A DNA stretch of 64,000 nt from Candidatus Omnitrophota bacterium. Lineage in GTDB: Bacteria > Omnitrophota > Gorgyraeia > Zapsychrales > Fredricksoniimonadaceae. How positions within the stretch are numbered: the first letter of the stretch is position 1; every line of letters begins with the position of its first letter. Location: positions 153,279-217,278 of the forward strand of contig JADFXH010000003.1 of assembly GCA_015233675.1 (NCBI GenBank), read 5' to 3'. This document shows positions 10,285 to 19,712 of the stretch, piece after piece. Position numbers and translations under genes: made by a program. Under the pieces are notes generated by a model. The model had not been told where the DNA came from, searched no databases, and was given only the letters and a program-made list of their open reading frames with translations.

Positions 10285-11220
10285 ATGCGCCGCGATTCCA
10301 GAATATTTATTGTTGGACATAATGACAGCATTGAAAATGCCCTTAAAAGTTATTTTCAGGCGCAGGGTTTTTCGCAGGTCCTTTCTAATACCCAAGACCG
10401 CGTCAATGTGCTGGATCAATGGCAGGTCGATAAGTTTTTTAAAAAGTTTAAACCCGAGTATGTTTTTTTAGGATCACTTCGCTCAGGGGGTATCGCGGCC
10501 AATCAAAAGTTCCCGGCGGAATTTATTTACGAAAATTGCCGGACGCAAGACTTAGTGATTGAGGCTTCCCATCGTTATAAAGTCAAAAAATTGCTATATT
10601 TTTCCAGCTCCTGCGTGTATCCCAAATTAGCCAAACAGCCCATGAAGGAATCATCCTTGTTGACAGGGCCTTTAGAGCCAACCAGTGAAGCCTACGCTGT
10701 CGCTAAAATTGCGGGTATAAAAATGTGTCAGGCTTATAGAGCACAATACGGTTTTAAGGCAATCGTCGCAGTTCCCGCAACCCTTTATGGCCCGGGCAGT
10801 GATACAGATATCGAATCTGCGCATGTCTTAGGTGCTTTAATTGCAAAATTTCATAAGGCTAAGAGTGAGGGGGCAAGTGAAGTCGTTGTCTGGGGCAGCG
10901 GTAAGCCGCGCCGGGAATTTTTGTATGTTGATGATTTTGTCAGCGCCTGCCTGTTTTTGATGGATCATTATGACGGCCCTGATGTGATAAACATCGGCAG
11001 CGGTGTCGACGTGACGATAAAGCAATTGGCCATGATGATCAAAAAGGCAAGCGGTTTTAAGGGGAAAATTATCTTCGATGCCTCCAAGCCCGATGGAACC
11101 ATGCGCAAACTTATGGACAATACCCGTATGCGCAAGCTGGGCTGGAAGGCAAAGGTCAGTTTAGAAGAGGGCATTGAGACAACTTATCAGTGGTATATTC
11201 ATAAGTCCGTGAATGGATGA
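10285..11220 (+). CDS. GDP-L-fucose synthase family (Fcl/ColC-like) 4-keto-6-deoxy sugar epimerase/reductase, atypical
   Basis: Colinear with Fcl: SSSCVYPKLAKQPM, EPTSEAYAVAKIAG (YxxxK), VVWGSGKPRREFLYVDD, DASKPDGTMRKL. The N-terminal Gly-rich loop reads GHNDSIE. Confidence 0.85.
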   Translation: MRRDSRIFIVGHNDSIENALKSYFQAQGFSQVLSNTQDRVNVLDQWQVDKFFKKFKPEYVFLGSLRSGGIAANQKFPAEFIYENCRTQDLVIEASHRYKVKKLLYFSSSCVYPKLAKQPMKESSLLTGPLEPTSEAYAVAKIAGIKMCQAYRAQYGFKAIVAVPATLYGPGSDTDIESAHVLGALIAKFHKAKSEGASEVVVWGSGKPRREFLYVDDFVSACLFLMDHYDGPDVINIGSGVDVTIKQLAMMIKKASGFKGKIIFDASKPDGTMRKLMDNTRMRKLGWKAKVSLEEGIETTYQWYIHKSVNG

Positions 11221-11336
11221 ACAGCTATTATGTGTTCGGTCCATTCAGGAATTTTCTGAGTACATAGTCGGCGGGTGGATTGGATTTAACATTAAAGCCG
11301 AGGCAGGTCCCGCTTGCATAGTAAAATGCATGTTAT

Positions 11337-11531
11337 GGATTCCCGCTTTCGCGGGAATGACAAGGAATGCAGCGGGAGTGACAAATGGATTCCCGCTTTC
11401 GCGGGAATGACAAGGAATGCAGCGGGAATGACAAATGGATTCCCGCTTTCGCGGGAATGACAAGGAATGCAGCGGGAATGACAGTTTATTTTAGTTCAGG
11501 AATGACAAGGAATGTCGTGGGAATGACAAGG
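11337..11531. repeat. tandem array of a 50-bp REP-like unit (3 near-identical copies plus degenerate tail)
   Basis: The unit GGATTCCCGCTTTCGCGGGAATGACAAGGAATGCAGCGGGA(A/G)TGACAAAT occurs at 11337, 11387 and 11437. Each carries the hairpin TTCCCGC-TTTC-GCGGGAA. Degenerate GGAATGACAAGG pieces run to about 11531. Confidence 0.9.
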
Positions 11532-11563
11532 GTAAGGAAGGTTTGTAAAAAGAAAGGGAATGT

Positions 11564-12496
11564 ATGAAAATTTTAGTGACAGGTGCAGCAGGATACATCG
11601 GTTCCGTTTTGGTGCCGCGGTTATTGGCCGAAGGGCATCAGGTGATCGCTTTGGACAATTTTATGTACAATCAGTCATCGCTCTTGGATGTCTGTCATCA
11701 TGAAGGTCTGGTTATTGTGCGTGGGGATACGCGGGACAGAAATTTGATGGTCAAATTAATGAAGAATGCGGATGGCATTTTCCCATTGGCCTGCCTGACC
11801 GGTGCCCCTTTATGCGCGAAAGAGCCCATGGCCGCACAGGCCATTTTGCTGGATGCGATTAAGATGATCCTTGAAATTCGCAGTAAAGAGCAAATGGTTA
11901 TTTTTCCAACGACCAACAGCGGCTATGGAGTGGGTGAGAAAGGCAAACATTGCACAGAAAATACTCCTTTGCGGCCCATTTCTTTGTACGGTAAATTAAA
12001 GGTGGATGCGGAAAATGCTATTCTTGATGCGGGTAACGGAATTACCTTGCGATTGGCCACGGCTTTTGGGATTTCTCCCCGCATGCGTCTGGATTTATTG
12101 GTCAATGATTTTACCTATCGCGCAGTCTACGATAAGTTTGTGGTCCTTTTTGAAGCCCATTTTAACCGTAATTATATTCATGTCCGGGATATTTCCAAGG
12201 CCTTTATTCATGCCTTGAATAATTTTGACAAGATGAAAAACCAACCCTATAATGTCGGCCTAAGCGACGCTAACCTAACCAAGCTCCAGCTATGCCAGGA
12301 AATTAAGAAATTAGTACCTGATTTTTATTTTGTAGAAGCCACTATTGGCGAGGATCCGGATAAGCGTGATTATATCGTCAGCAATGAAAAAATCGAGAAC
12401 ACGGGATTCAAAGCCGACGTTTCCCTGCAAAAAGGGCTTCAGGAATTGATCAAAGGTTATCAGGTAATTAAACGTAATCAGTTTGCCAATATTTAA
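11564..12496 (+). CDS. NAD-dependent epimerase/dehydratase (extended SDR)
   Basis: MKILVTGAAGYIGSVL Rossmann motif and YGKLK (YxxxK). 310 aa. Confidence 0.85.
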   Translation: MKILVTGAAGYIGSVLVPRLLAEGHQVIALDNFMYNQSSLLDVCHHEGLVIVRGDTRDRNLMVKLMKNADGIFPLACLTGAPLCAKEPMAAQAILLDAIKMILEIRSKEQMVIFPTTNSGYGVGEKGKHCTENTPLRPISLYGKLKVDAENAILDAGNGITLRLATAFGISPRMRLDLLVNDFTYRAVYDKFVVLFEAHFNRNYIHVRDISKAFIHALNNFDKMKNQPYNVGLSDANLTKLQLCQEIKKLVPDFYFVEATIGEDPDKRDYIVSNEKIENTGFKADVSLQKGLQELIKGYQVIKRNQFANI

Positions 12497-12520
12497 GATT
12501 CCCGCTTTTGCGGGAATGAC
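12497..12520 (+). repeat. single REP-like hairpin (same family as the 11337 array)
   Basis: GATTCCCGCTTTTGCGGGAATGAC directly after the SDR stop codon. Confidence 0.7.
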
Positions 12521-12533
12521 GGGGTGGATTGTG

Positions 12534-14048
12534 ATGAAACAGCTGGATGCTCTGTTTGTATGCGCCAATGCGTCTAAAAAGATTTATCAGGATTTAGCTA
12601 AGGATTTTTCCGCGATCGAGCCTCCGATTTGGGCAGGCATGCTGGCCAATCATTGCCGCCTCAAAGGGTTTTCCGTCAATATTTTGGATTGCGAAGCTTT
12701 GCGTTTGGATGAGGAACAATCCGCATTGGCCATCGAAAAATTCCAGGCGCGTCTGGTCTGTTTGGTGGTATACGGCCAACAGCCTTCGGCCAGCTCTCAG
12801 AATATGGCCGGAGCCACGAGCCTGGCAGATGCGGTCAAAAAACTGGCGCCTGAATGCAAAATTATATTTGTGGGCGGGCACATCGCTGCGCTTGCGCGTG
12901 AAGTTTTGGAAAAACATGTGAGTATTGATTTTGTCTGCCAGAATGAAGGCGTTTATACTATTTCTAATTTGTTAAAAACAAATTTAAAAGACCATTTGGA
13001 CAAAGTTGATGGTTTAGGTTTTCGCTGCCAGGGGGGCGTTGTTTTAAACAAGCCTTCTCCTATCGTCACCCGTGAGGATTTATCACGTGAACTTCAGGGC
13101 ATTGCCTGGGATTTGCTGCCGGTTAATAGTTATCGAACTTCCCTATGGCATTCTTATTCAAACAACTCCAATCGTCAGCCTTTTGCGGCTTTGTATACGT
13201 CTTTAGGCTGCCCCATGAAATGTTCTTTTTGTATGATTAATATCATTAACCGTCAGGAAAACGAATACTCCGACGGCTCTGCTGTATTCCGTTATTGGGA
13301 ACCAGAGCATATTATTAAGGAATTCGATTATTTTGCCTCACAAGGCATTACCAATATTAAGATTGCTGATGAGTTATTTGTGCTTAACGCCAACCATTTC
13401 CTTAAACTTTGTGAATTGATCATTCAGCGCGGGTATAAATTTAATATCTGGTGCTATTCAAGGATAGATACAGTGCGTGACCAATATCTGGCTGTTTTAA
13501 AAAAAGCCGGCGTTAATTGGCTTGCTTTGGGTATTGAAAGTGGTAATGCCCGGGTGCGCAAAGACGTGACCAAAGGCCGTTTTGAAGATGTGGATATCCG
13601 CGCGCAAGTCAGCAAGATCCGTGAGCATGGCATTAATGTTATCGGTAATTATATTTTTGGCCTGCCTGAGGATGATTTAAGCAGTATGCAGATGACTTTG
13701 GATTTGGCCGTGGAGATGAATACCGAGGAAGCTAATTTTTATTCAGCCATGGCCTACCCGGGCAGTCCCTTATACGGTATTGCTAAAAAAGAAGGTTGGC
13801 AGTTGCCTTCGAGCTATGAAGGGTTTTCTCAACATTCTTATGAAGGACAACCCTTGCCGACTAAGTATTTAACAGCCGAACAAGTTTTGTCCTTCAGGGA
13901 TGAGGCTTGGATGAAATATCATACTAATCCTAAATTCCTAGAACTCCTTAAACAAAAATTCGGCCAGGCGGCGGTAGATGAGACAATTAAATCGACCAAG
14001 ATCAACTTAAAACGTAAGATCTTAAGGAAGGAGACTTTGATTAAATGA
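12534..14048 (+). CDS. B12-binding radical SAM enzyme (class B, methyltransferase-type)
   Basis: Cobalamin-binding-like N-domain, then the radical SAM cluster motif GCPMKCSFC (CxxxCxxC). ATG 12534 avoids translating the REP hairpin. Confidence 0.85.
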   Translation: MKQLDALFVCANASKKIYQDLAKDFSAIEPPIWAGMLANHCRLKGFSVNILDCEALRLDEEQSALAIEKFQARLVCLVVYGQQPSASSQNMAGATSLADAVKKLAPECKIIFVGGHIAALAREVLEKHVSIDFVCQNEGVYTISNLLKTNLKDHLDKVDGLGFRCQGGVVLNKPSPIVTREDLSRELQGIAWDLLPVNSYRTSLWHSYSNNSNRQPFAALYTSLGCPMKCSFCMINIINRQENEYSDGSAVFRYWEPEHIIKEFDYFASQGITNIKIADELFVLNANHFLKLCELIIQRGYKFNIWCYSRIDTVRDQYLAVLKKAGVNWLALGIESGNARVRKDVTKGRFEDVDIRAQVSKIREHGINVIGNYIFGLPEDDLSSMQMTLDLAVEMNTEEANFYSAMAYPGSPLYGIAKKEGWQLPSSYEGFSQHSYEGQPLPTKYLTAEQVLSFRDEAWMKYHTNPKFLELLKQKFGQAAVDETIKSTKINLKRKILRKETLIK

Positions 14049-15046
14049 TTATTTCGCGCACTCCTTTTCGCATGTCTTTTTTCGGCGGAGGCACTGATTA
14101 CCAGGGCTGGTATAAAGATCACAACGGCGCTGTTATTGCTACGACCATTGATAAATATTGTTATATTACCTGCCGTTACCTTCCTCCCTTTTTTGAACAC
14201 AAATCCCGTATCATTTATTCCAAGATGGAGCATGTGAGGGAGTCTATTGATGAGATCGACCATCCGTCGGTGCGTGAAGTATTGCGGTTTTTGAAAATTA
14301 ATGAAGGTGTTGAGATCCATCATGACGGGGATTTACCGGCACGCACCGGTTTAGGGTCAAGTTCCTCTTTTACCGTCGGTCTGCTTAATAGCCTTTATGC
14401 TCTCAAAGGCCAAATGGTCACTAAAGAGAGGTTGGCGCGTGAAGCTATTCATGTGGAACAGGACATGATCAAGGAAAACGTCGGATGTCAGGACCAAATG
14501 CAGGCAGCTTACGGCGGATTCAATTTGATCGAATTCGGAGGATCCAATCATCTGCGTGTTCAGCCGTTAACAATATCGTCCGAGAAATTGGACCTTTTAC
14601 AGGACCATTTGATCTTATTTTTTACGGGATTTTCCAGGGAGGCTTCGACTGTCGCTAAGTCACAAATCGAGAATATCCCCCAAAAAAAGGTGGAATTGTC
14701 CCGCATGCATGAAATGGTGCGTGAGGCGGTGGATGTTTTAAATGGGAAAGATCTGTTAAAATTTGGACGTTTGCTTGATGAAAGCTGGAAGCTCAAACGC
14801 ACCTTGTCAGATAAAATTTCCAGCCCCTACATAGATGATTTGTACGCAGCGGCGATGAGGGCAGGTGCGCTCGGAGGCAAATTGTTAGGGGCCGGCGGAG
14901 GCGGCTTTGTGCTGATTTTTGTGGAGCCTTCCAAGAAAGACAAAATACGCAAGGCACTCAAAGGCCTTTTGGAAGTCCCTTTTAAATTTGAAAATTTAGG
15001 CAGTCAGATCATCTTTTATCAACCCTACAGCGGATTGGTTAAATAA
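14045..15046 (+). CDS. GHMP-family sugar kinase (HddA / fucokinase-like)
   Basis: N-terminus MIISRTPFRMSFFGGGTDY. GHMP motif PARTGLGSSSSFTVGLL. C-terminal GAGGGGF. Confidence 0.8.
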   Translation: MIISRTPFRMSFFGGGTDYQGWYKDHNGAVIATTIDKYCYITCRYLPPFFEHKSRIIYSKMEHVRESIDEIDHPSVREVLRFLKINEGVEIHHDGDLPARTGLGSSSSFTVGLLNSLYALKGQMVTKERLAREAIHVEQDMIKENVGCQDQMQAAYGGFNLIEFGGSNHLRVQPLTISSEKLDLLQDHLILFFTGFSREASTVAKSQIENIPQKKVELSRMHEMVREAVDVLNGKDLLKFGRLLDESWKLKRTLSDKISSPYIDDLYAAAMRAGALGGKLLGAGGGGFVLIFVEPSKKDKIRKALKGLLEVPFKFENLGSQIIFYQPYSGLVK

Positions 15047-15047
15047 T

Positions 15048-15758
15048 ATGTTTCCGGACGCAGTTATCCTGGCCGGCGGTTTAGGCAAACGTCTTCAATC
15101 GGTTACCGGCGGTGCCCAGAAGGTTTTGGCCAAGATCGGCGATAAGCCGTTTTTGGAAATACTGATTGATTATATTGCGTCCCAGGGAGGGGTGCGGTTT
15201 GTTTTATGTGTAGGCCATGGCAGTGAAGAGGTTGAAGAATATTTTAAAGATAAATATACCGACCGCGAGATTGTTTTTTCAAGGGAAGAATCTCCCTTAG
15301 GCACGGGAGGGGCCATCAAGCAAGGGGCCAGGCATGTTACAACAGATCATTTTTTGGCAATGAACGGAGATTGTTTTTGTGTGATTGATTACAATCGCTT
15401 GATAGCGTTTCATCAAAAACAAAAAGCTCAGGCCACTTTAGCGGTGACTCTTATGCCGGATGCCCGTGATTACGGGACCATTGAAATCAGCGAGAGGCAA
15501 ACAGTTGAGGCGTTTAAAGAGAAGCTGCCGACGGTTAAAGAGGCTTTTATCAATACAGGGACATACTGTTTTAATCGGGAAGTGTTTTCTTTAGTTGACA
15601 CGCCATCTAAATTTTCAATTGAATATGATTTTTTCCCGCAGTTGGTGGGACAAGGGTTCTACGCTTTTAAAGTAGAAAACCGTTTTGTTGATATCGGAAC
15701 TCCTGCGCGTTATCACTGGGCACAGGAACATTTGAAGGAAATTCGATATGGATTTTAA
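15048..15758 (+). CDS. sugar-1-phosphate nucleotidyltransferase (HddC/ManC-like)
   Basis: AVILAGGLGKRL signature and a 236-aa single-domain NTP-transferase. Confidence 0.85.
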   Translation: MFPDAVILAGGLGKRLQSVTGGAQKVLAKIGDKPFLEILIDYIASQGGVRFVLCVGHGSEEVEEYFKDKYTDREIVFSREESPLGTGGAIKQGARHVTTDHFLAMNGDCFCVIDYNRLIAFHQKQKAQATLAVTLMPDARDYGTIEISERQTVEAFKEKLPTVKEAFINTGTYCFNREVFSLVDTPSKFSIEYDFFPQLVGQGFYAFKVENRFVDIGTPARYHWAQEHLKEIRYGF

Positions 15759-16935
15759 CAAAGCTACCGCTGTTAATGACGGGCAGGAAGCCGCAAAGGC
15801 AGGATATAAAGTGCCTTTTGGGACAGTGTCGATCACCCCGTTGGCCCAAAAACTTATTGATGAGGCGATCCAGCGGCGTTGGCTTACAAAAGGTAAATAC
15901 GTTAAAGAATTTGAAGATAAATTCGCCGCACTTTTCGGCGTGAAATACGGGATCGCGGTCTCCAGCGGTACAGACGCAGATGCCATTGCCTGTGCGGTGC
16001 TTTATGATTTTGGTGCAAAGCGCGGGGATGAAATCATTGTCCCTGCGTTGAGCTTTGTCGCGACAGGCAATGCCGTTTTACAGGCTGGATTTACCCCCGT
16101 TTTCGTCGATGTAAATCGTGAGACTTTAAATATAGACCATGAAAAAATCGAAAAAGTCATCACTCCCAAAACACGTGCCATTATGCCTGTTCATTTGATG
16201 GGTAAGCCCGCAGCCATGGACGAGATCATGACCATTGCGCAAAAACATAAGCTGTATGTTATTGAGGATGCGGCTGAGGCGCATGGCGCCGAATATAAGG
16301 GGAAGAAAATAGGGGCCATTGGTGACATGGCTTGCTTTTCATTGTACGCGGCGCATATCGTGACGACTATCGAAGGGGGAATGATCATTACTAATAATGA
16401 GCAAATGGCCCAGGCGGCCCGTTCTTTGCGCAACCACGGCATTGAAGGTAAATTTCAATTCAAGCGGATTGGGTTTTCCTCCAAGATGAATGAGATCGAG
16501 GCTGCGGTAGGCTTGGGCAATCTTGAGATTTTTCGCGAGATCCTGGAAAAGAGACGGGCTAACGTGCGTCATTTGATCAGGCATTTTTTAAAGTTTGATA
16601 AATATTTCTGGTGCCTTAAAGAAGAGGCTCATGAAATTCTTGGCCCGCATGCATTCTCGATCATTCTCAAGCCCGGGGTCAATTTTACTAAGGATGAATT
16701 TGTGACTTATTTGGAGAAAAAGGGTGTCGATTCAAGGAATTTGTTCTATTCTATTGCCACCCAGACAGAGAGCTATCAATTCATGGGGCATAAACTGGGA
16801 GATTTTCCCCAAGCTGAATATTGTTCCGACCACGGGACGCATATCGGATGCCATCAGGGTATTGATATCAGTCAATGCGATTATATGGTTGATGTTGTTT
16901 CGGAATTTTTAATCTCTAAAGGGGGATACCATTAA
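15748..16935 (+). CDS. DegT-fold NDP-4-keto-6-deoxy-sugar 3-dehydratase (ColD/E1-like; His replaces the PLP Lys)
   Basis: DegT/DnrJ/EryC1 fold. The Schiff-base position reads CFSLYAAHIVTTIEGG, versus CFSFYPTKSLGACGDAG in the paralog at 20785. Confidence 0.75.
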   Translation: MDFNKATAVNDGQEAAKAGYKVPFGTVSITPLAQKLIDEAIQRRWLTKGKYVKEFEDKFAALFGVKYGIAVSSGTDADAIACAVLYDFGAKRGDEIIVPALSFVATGNAVLQAGFTPVFVDVNRETLNIDHEKIEKVITPKTRAIMPVHLMGKPAAMDEIMTIAQKHKLYVIEDAAEAHGAEYKGKKIGAIGDMACFSLYAAHIVTTIEGGMIITNNEQMAQAARSLRNHGIEGKFQFKRIGFSSKMNEIEAAVGLGNLEIFREILEKRRANVRHLIRHFLKFDKYFWCLKEEAHEILGPHAFSIILKPGVNFTKDEFVTYLEKKGVDSRNLFYSIATQTESYQFMGHKLGDFPQAEYCSDHGTHIGCHQGIDISQCDYMVDVVSEFLISKGGYH

Positions 16936-17864
16936 TGGCCGTCCAAATTAAAACGAATGACCCGCTAGTTTCAGTTATTATCCCCACATATAACCGGTCA
17001 CGTGTTTTGCCCAGGACCCTTTCTAGTTTAAAAAGACAAACCTATAAGAATTTAGAAGTAATTGTTATTGATGATGCATCAACAGATGATACGGAAAAAG
17101 TGGTGAAATCTTTTGAGCGGGATTTAAATCTTGTTTATTTTAAGAATAAAATCAATCTGAAAATTCCTGCCCGTAGCCGTAATATCGGACTAAAAAAAGC
17201 CAGCGGGGAATACTTTGCATTATTAGACGATGATGACGAATTTCTTGAAAAGAAGATAGAAATACAGTTAAGAACCGCGCAATCTCTGGATGAAAAAGCA
17301 TTTATTTTGTGCAATGGGTTCACTATCGGCAAAAAGAGCCGCTATTTTGTTGATATAGAAAAGCCCAGCGGATTTATTCCAAGGGGCAAAGGGATTTTCC
17401 CGGCCAGGTACAAGCTGCCCTTCCCGTCATCATGGTTTTTCCATCGGGAATTAGTCGATAAAATTGGTTATTTTGATGAAGATATGTTTACATACGATGA
17501 TGTCGATTATTCTATACGCCTGATGGCGGAATATCCCGCTTATATGGTTAATCAATGCCTGGTTAATTGGCATACGTCGTATCCTGCTTTGTCGGGATTG
17601 TCGATGGAACATATTGAAGCAAGGAAATATTTTCTTAAAAAACATTTAGATTGGATTAGAGAAGACCGGTTCTGTTTATATAAGTTTTACTGGTCTCTGG
17701 GAAAAGACTTTAAACAGTTAGGAAGAACAACGGAAGCTATTCAATATTTTAAAAAGGCATTCTTCGTTAAACCGTATAAACTTGAAGCGGCGGGGAAGAT
17801 AGTCGGCCTGTTGTGCAAGGATATCGTCGCTAAAACTAAAATGCAGGGGGTTCACAAGTTATGA
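16935..17864 (+). CDS. glycosyltransferase family 2
   Basis: VSVIIPTYNRSRVL, VIDDASTDDT, LLDDDDEF (DxD). Confidence 0.85.
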   Translation: MAVQIKTNDPLVSVIIPTYNRSRVLPRTLSSLKRQTYKNLEVIVIDDASTDDTEKVVKSFERDLNLVYFKNKINLKIPARSRNIGLKKASGEYFALLDDDDEFLEKKIEIQLRTAQSLDEKAFILCNGFTIGKKSRYFVDIEKPSGFIPRGKGIFPARYKLPFPSSWFFHRELVDKIGYFDEDMFTYDDVDYSIRLMAEYPAYMVNQCLVNWHTSYPALSGLSMEHIEARKYFLKKHLDWIREDRFCLYKFYWSLGKDFKQLGRTTEAIQYFKKAFFVKPYKLEAAGKIVGLLCKDIVAKTKMQGVHKL

Positions 17865-18706
17865 AAATCAGCGGTACTACGATTGTGCGTAATGCCGTCA
17901 AATACGGGTACCCTGTCGTGGAAGCGGTACGTTCGGTTTTGCCTATTTGTGATGAATATATTATTAATGTCGGAGACTCTAGTGACGGCACGCTTGAATT
18001 GATTAAATCCATAAAAGACCCAAAGATCAAGATTGTTGAACGCGTATGGAACATGTCTGCCGGAAAAGAAGTGCTGTCGGATGAAACTAATTTTGCCATT
18101 AGTCAATGTAAGGGAGATTGGGTTCTTTACAACCAGACAGATGAAGTTCTTCACGAGAGAGATCTCCCCGGCATTAAGGAATACATGAAGAGGTATCTTA
18201 ATGACCCCAAGGTGAATGCGCTTCAATTTCGTTGGGTCCATTTTTACGGCAGTTTTTTCCGTTATCGGATTGATGCGGGATGGTTTCAGAAACAAGTCCG
18301 TGTTATTAAAAATAATGGCTTATGCAGGTCGCATGATGACGCATGGGGGTTTAGGCATCAAGACGGGACATCGTTAAAATCGGTTAAGACGCCTTTTTTT
18401 ATTTATCACTATGGGTGGGTCCATGACCCGCAGATAATGGCCAGTAAAATTAAGAACGCATTTGCTATTGGTTATTGTCCTAAGTTGAATGAGAAAGAGA
18501 AAAAGCCTGCATATGATTATGGGGACCTTTCTCGTTTTCCTGTTTTTTTTGGCACTCATCCGGCGGTTATGAACCATTTAATCGGGAAGCATGCTCTAAG
18601 CCAGCAAGATTGGCAAACAATCGTCGCGCAGTATTGGTGGAACCCTCTCTTGTGGTTTAGGGTCCGTTATAAAACCGGCCGGCGTGTTAAGGAAAAGATT
18701 ATCTAA
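17861..18706 (+). CDS. putative glycosyltransferase (GT-A-like)
   Basis: The N-terminus ISGTTIVRNAVKYGYPVVEAVRSVLPICDEYIINVGDSSDGT resembles GT2-like proteins. The call is weaker. Confidence 0.55.
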   Translation: MKISGTTIVRNAVKYGYPVVEAVRSVLPICDEYIINVGDSSDGTLELIKSIKDPKIKIVERVWNMSAGKEVLSDETNFAISQCKGDWVLYNQTDEVLHERDLPGIKEYMKRYLNDPKVNALQFRWVHFYGSFFRYRIDAGWFQKQVRVIKNNGLCRSHDDAWGFRHQDGTSLKSVKTPFFIYHYGWVHDPQIMASKIKNAFAIGYCPKLNEKEKKPAYDYGDLSRFPVFFGTHPAVMNHLIGKHALSQQDWQTIVAQYWWNPLLWFRVRYKTGRRVKEKII

Positions 18707-18731
18707 AACGGGGCAGAAGCTAAAAAAAATT

Positions 18732-19712
18732 ATGCATATTTTAATAGCTAATAATAGCCGTATCATTATACCCGTTAAGGAGTATGGAGGCACAGAACGG
18801 CATATTTGGTGGCTGGGTAAAGAACTAGTGAAATTGGGGCATGAGGTAAGCTATTTAGTTGCGCAAGGGTCTTCGTGTCCCTTTGCTAAACGTGTTTTAT
18901 TTTATGATCCTAACCGTCCTGTACAAGAACAAATTCCCGATGATGTTGATTTTGTCCATTTGCATTTTCAAATCCTAGGGACCTTAAAGAAACCTTATGT
19001 GATCACACATCACGGTAATTTCCACCAAGGAGCCTTTGACTTAAATACAATTTTTGTCTCCAGAAATCACGCGATGCGTCATCAATCGACGTCTTTTGTT
19101 TTCAATGGCATGGATCCCGATGAATACGGCGAGGTTAATTTCGATAAGAAACGCCAGCATTTATTATTTTTAGCCTATGCCAAACGGCCGGAAAAGAATT
19201 TAAAAGACTGTGTGCACATTGCCTATCATACGGGGGAGCGCTTGGCAGTTATCGGCGGCAGGCGTAGATTTGATCATAACGGATGGGCCTGGTGGGTTAA
19301 TTATTACGGCAAAATAGACAGAGAGTCGAAGAATAAGATCCTTAATTCATCAAAAGCCCTTTTATTCCCGGTTTTGTGGCATGAGCCCTGCGCCTTAACA
19401 CTGATAGAAGCGTTGTATTTTGGTTTGCCGGTATTTGGCACAACCTATGGCTGCCTGCCAGATCTAATACCTAATGAGGTTGGTTTCCTTTCTAATTCAA
19501 GGCAGGCATTAATTGATGCCGTTAAAAGGATGGGGCCGTTCAACCCCAGGAAGATCCATGATTATGCTTGTGATCAATTTAGCGTTAAAAGAATGACACA
19601 AGACTATTTGAAAAAGTATGAGATTGTCCTTAATGGCCAAACATTGAATTTGAAGGCCCCAAGACAACCTGACAATTATATTAAAGATGAGTTGTTGCCC
19701 ATGTATCCGTGA
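18732..19712 (+). CDS. glycosyltransferase, GT-B fold (GT4-like)
   Basis: MHILIANN...YGGTERHIWWLGKEL N-domain, and C-terminal LFPVLWHEPCALTLIEALYFGLPV (E-x7-E-like region). Confidence 0.65.
   Translation: MHILIANNSRIIIPVKEYGGTERHIWWLGKELVKLGHEVSYLVAQGSSCPFAKRVLFYDPNRPVQEQIPDDVDFVHLHFQILGTLKKPYVITHHGNFHQGAFDLNTIFVSRNHAMRHQSTSFVFNGMDPDEYGEVNFDKKRQHLLFLAYAKRPEKNLKDCVHIAYHTGERLAVIGGRRRFDHNGWAWWVNYYGKIDRESKNKILNSSKALLFPVLWHEPCALTLIEALYFGLPVFGTTYGCLPDLIPNEVGFLSNSRQALIDAVKRMGPFNPRKIHDYACDQFSVKRMTQDYLKKYEIVLNGQTLNLKAPRQPDNYIKDELLPMYP

Noticed and set aside
11337-11531. Possible CRISPR array (regularly spaced repeats with a hairpin)
   Set aside because: The whole 50-bp unit repeats with no unique spacers between copies. 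There are no cas genes nearby. It is a tandem REP-like array, not a CRISPR.
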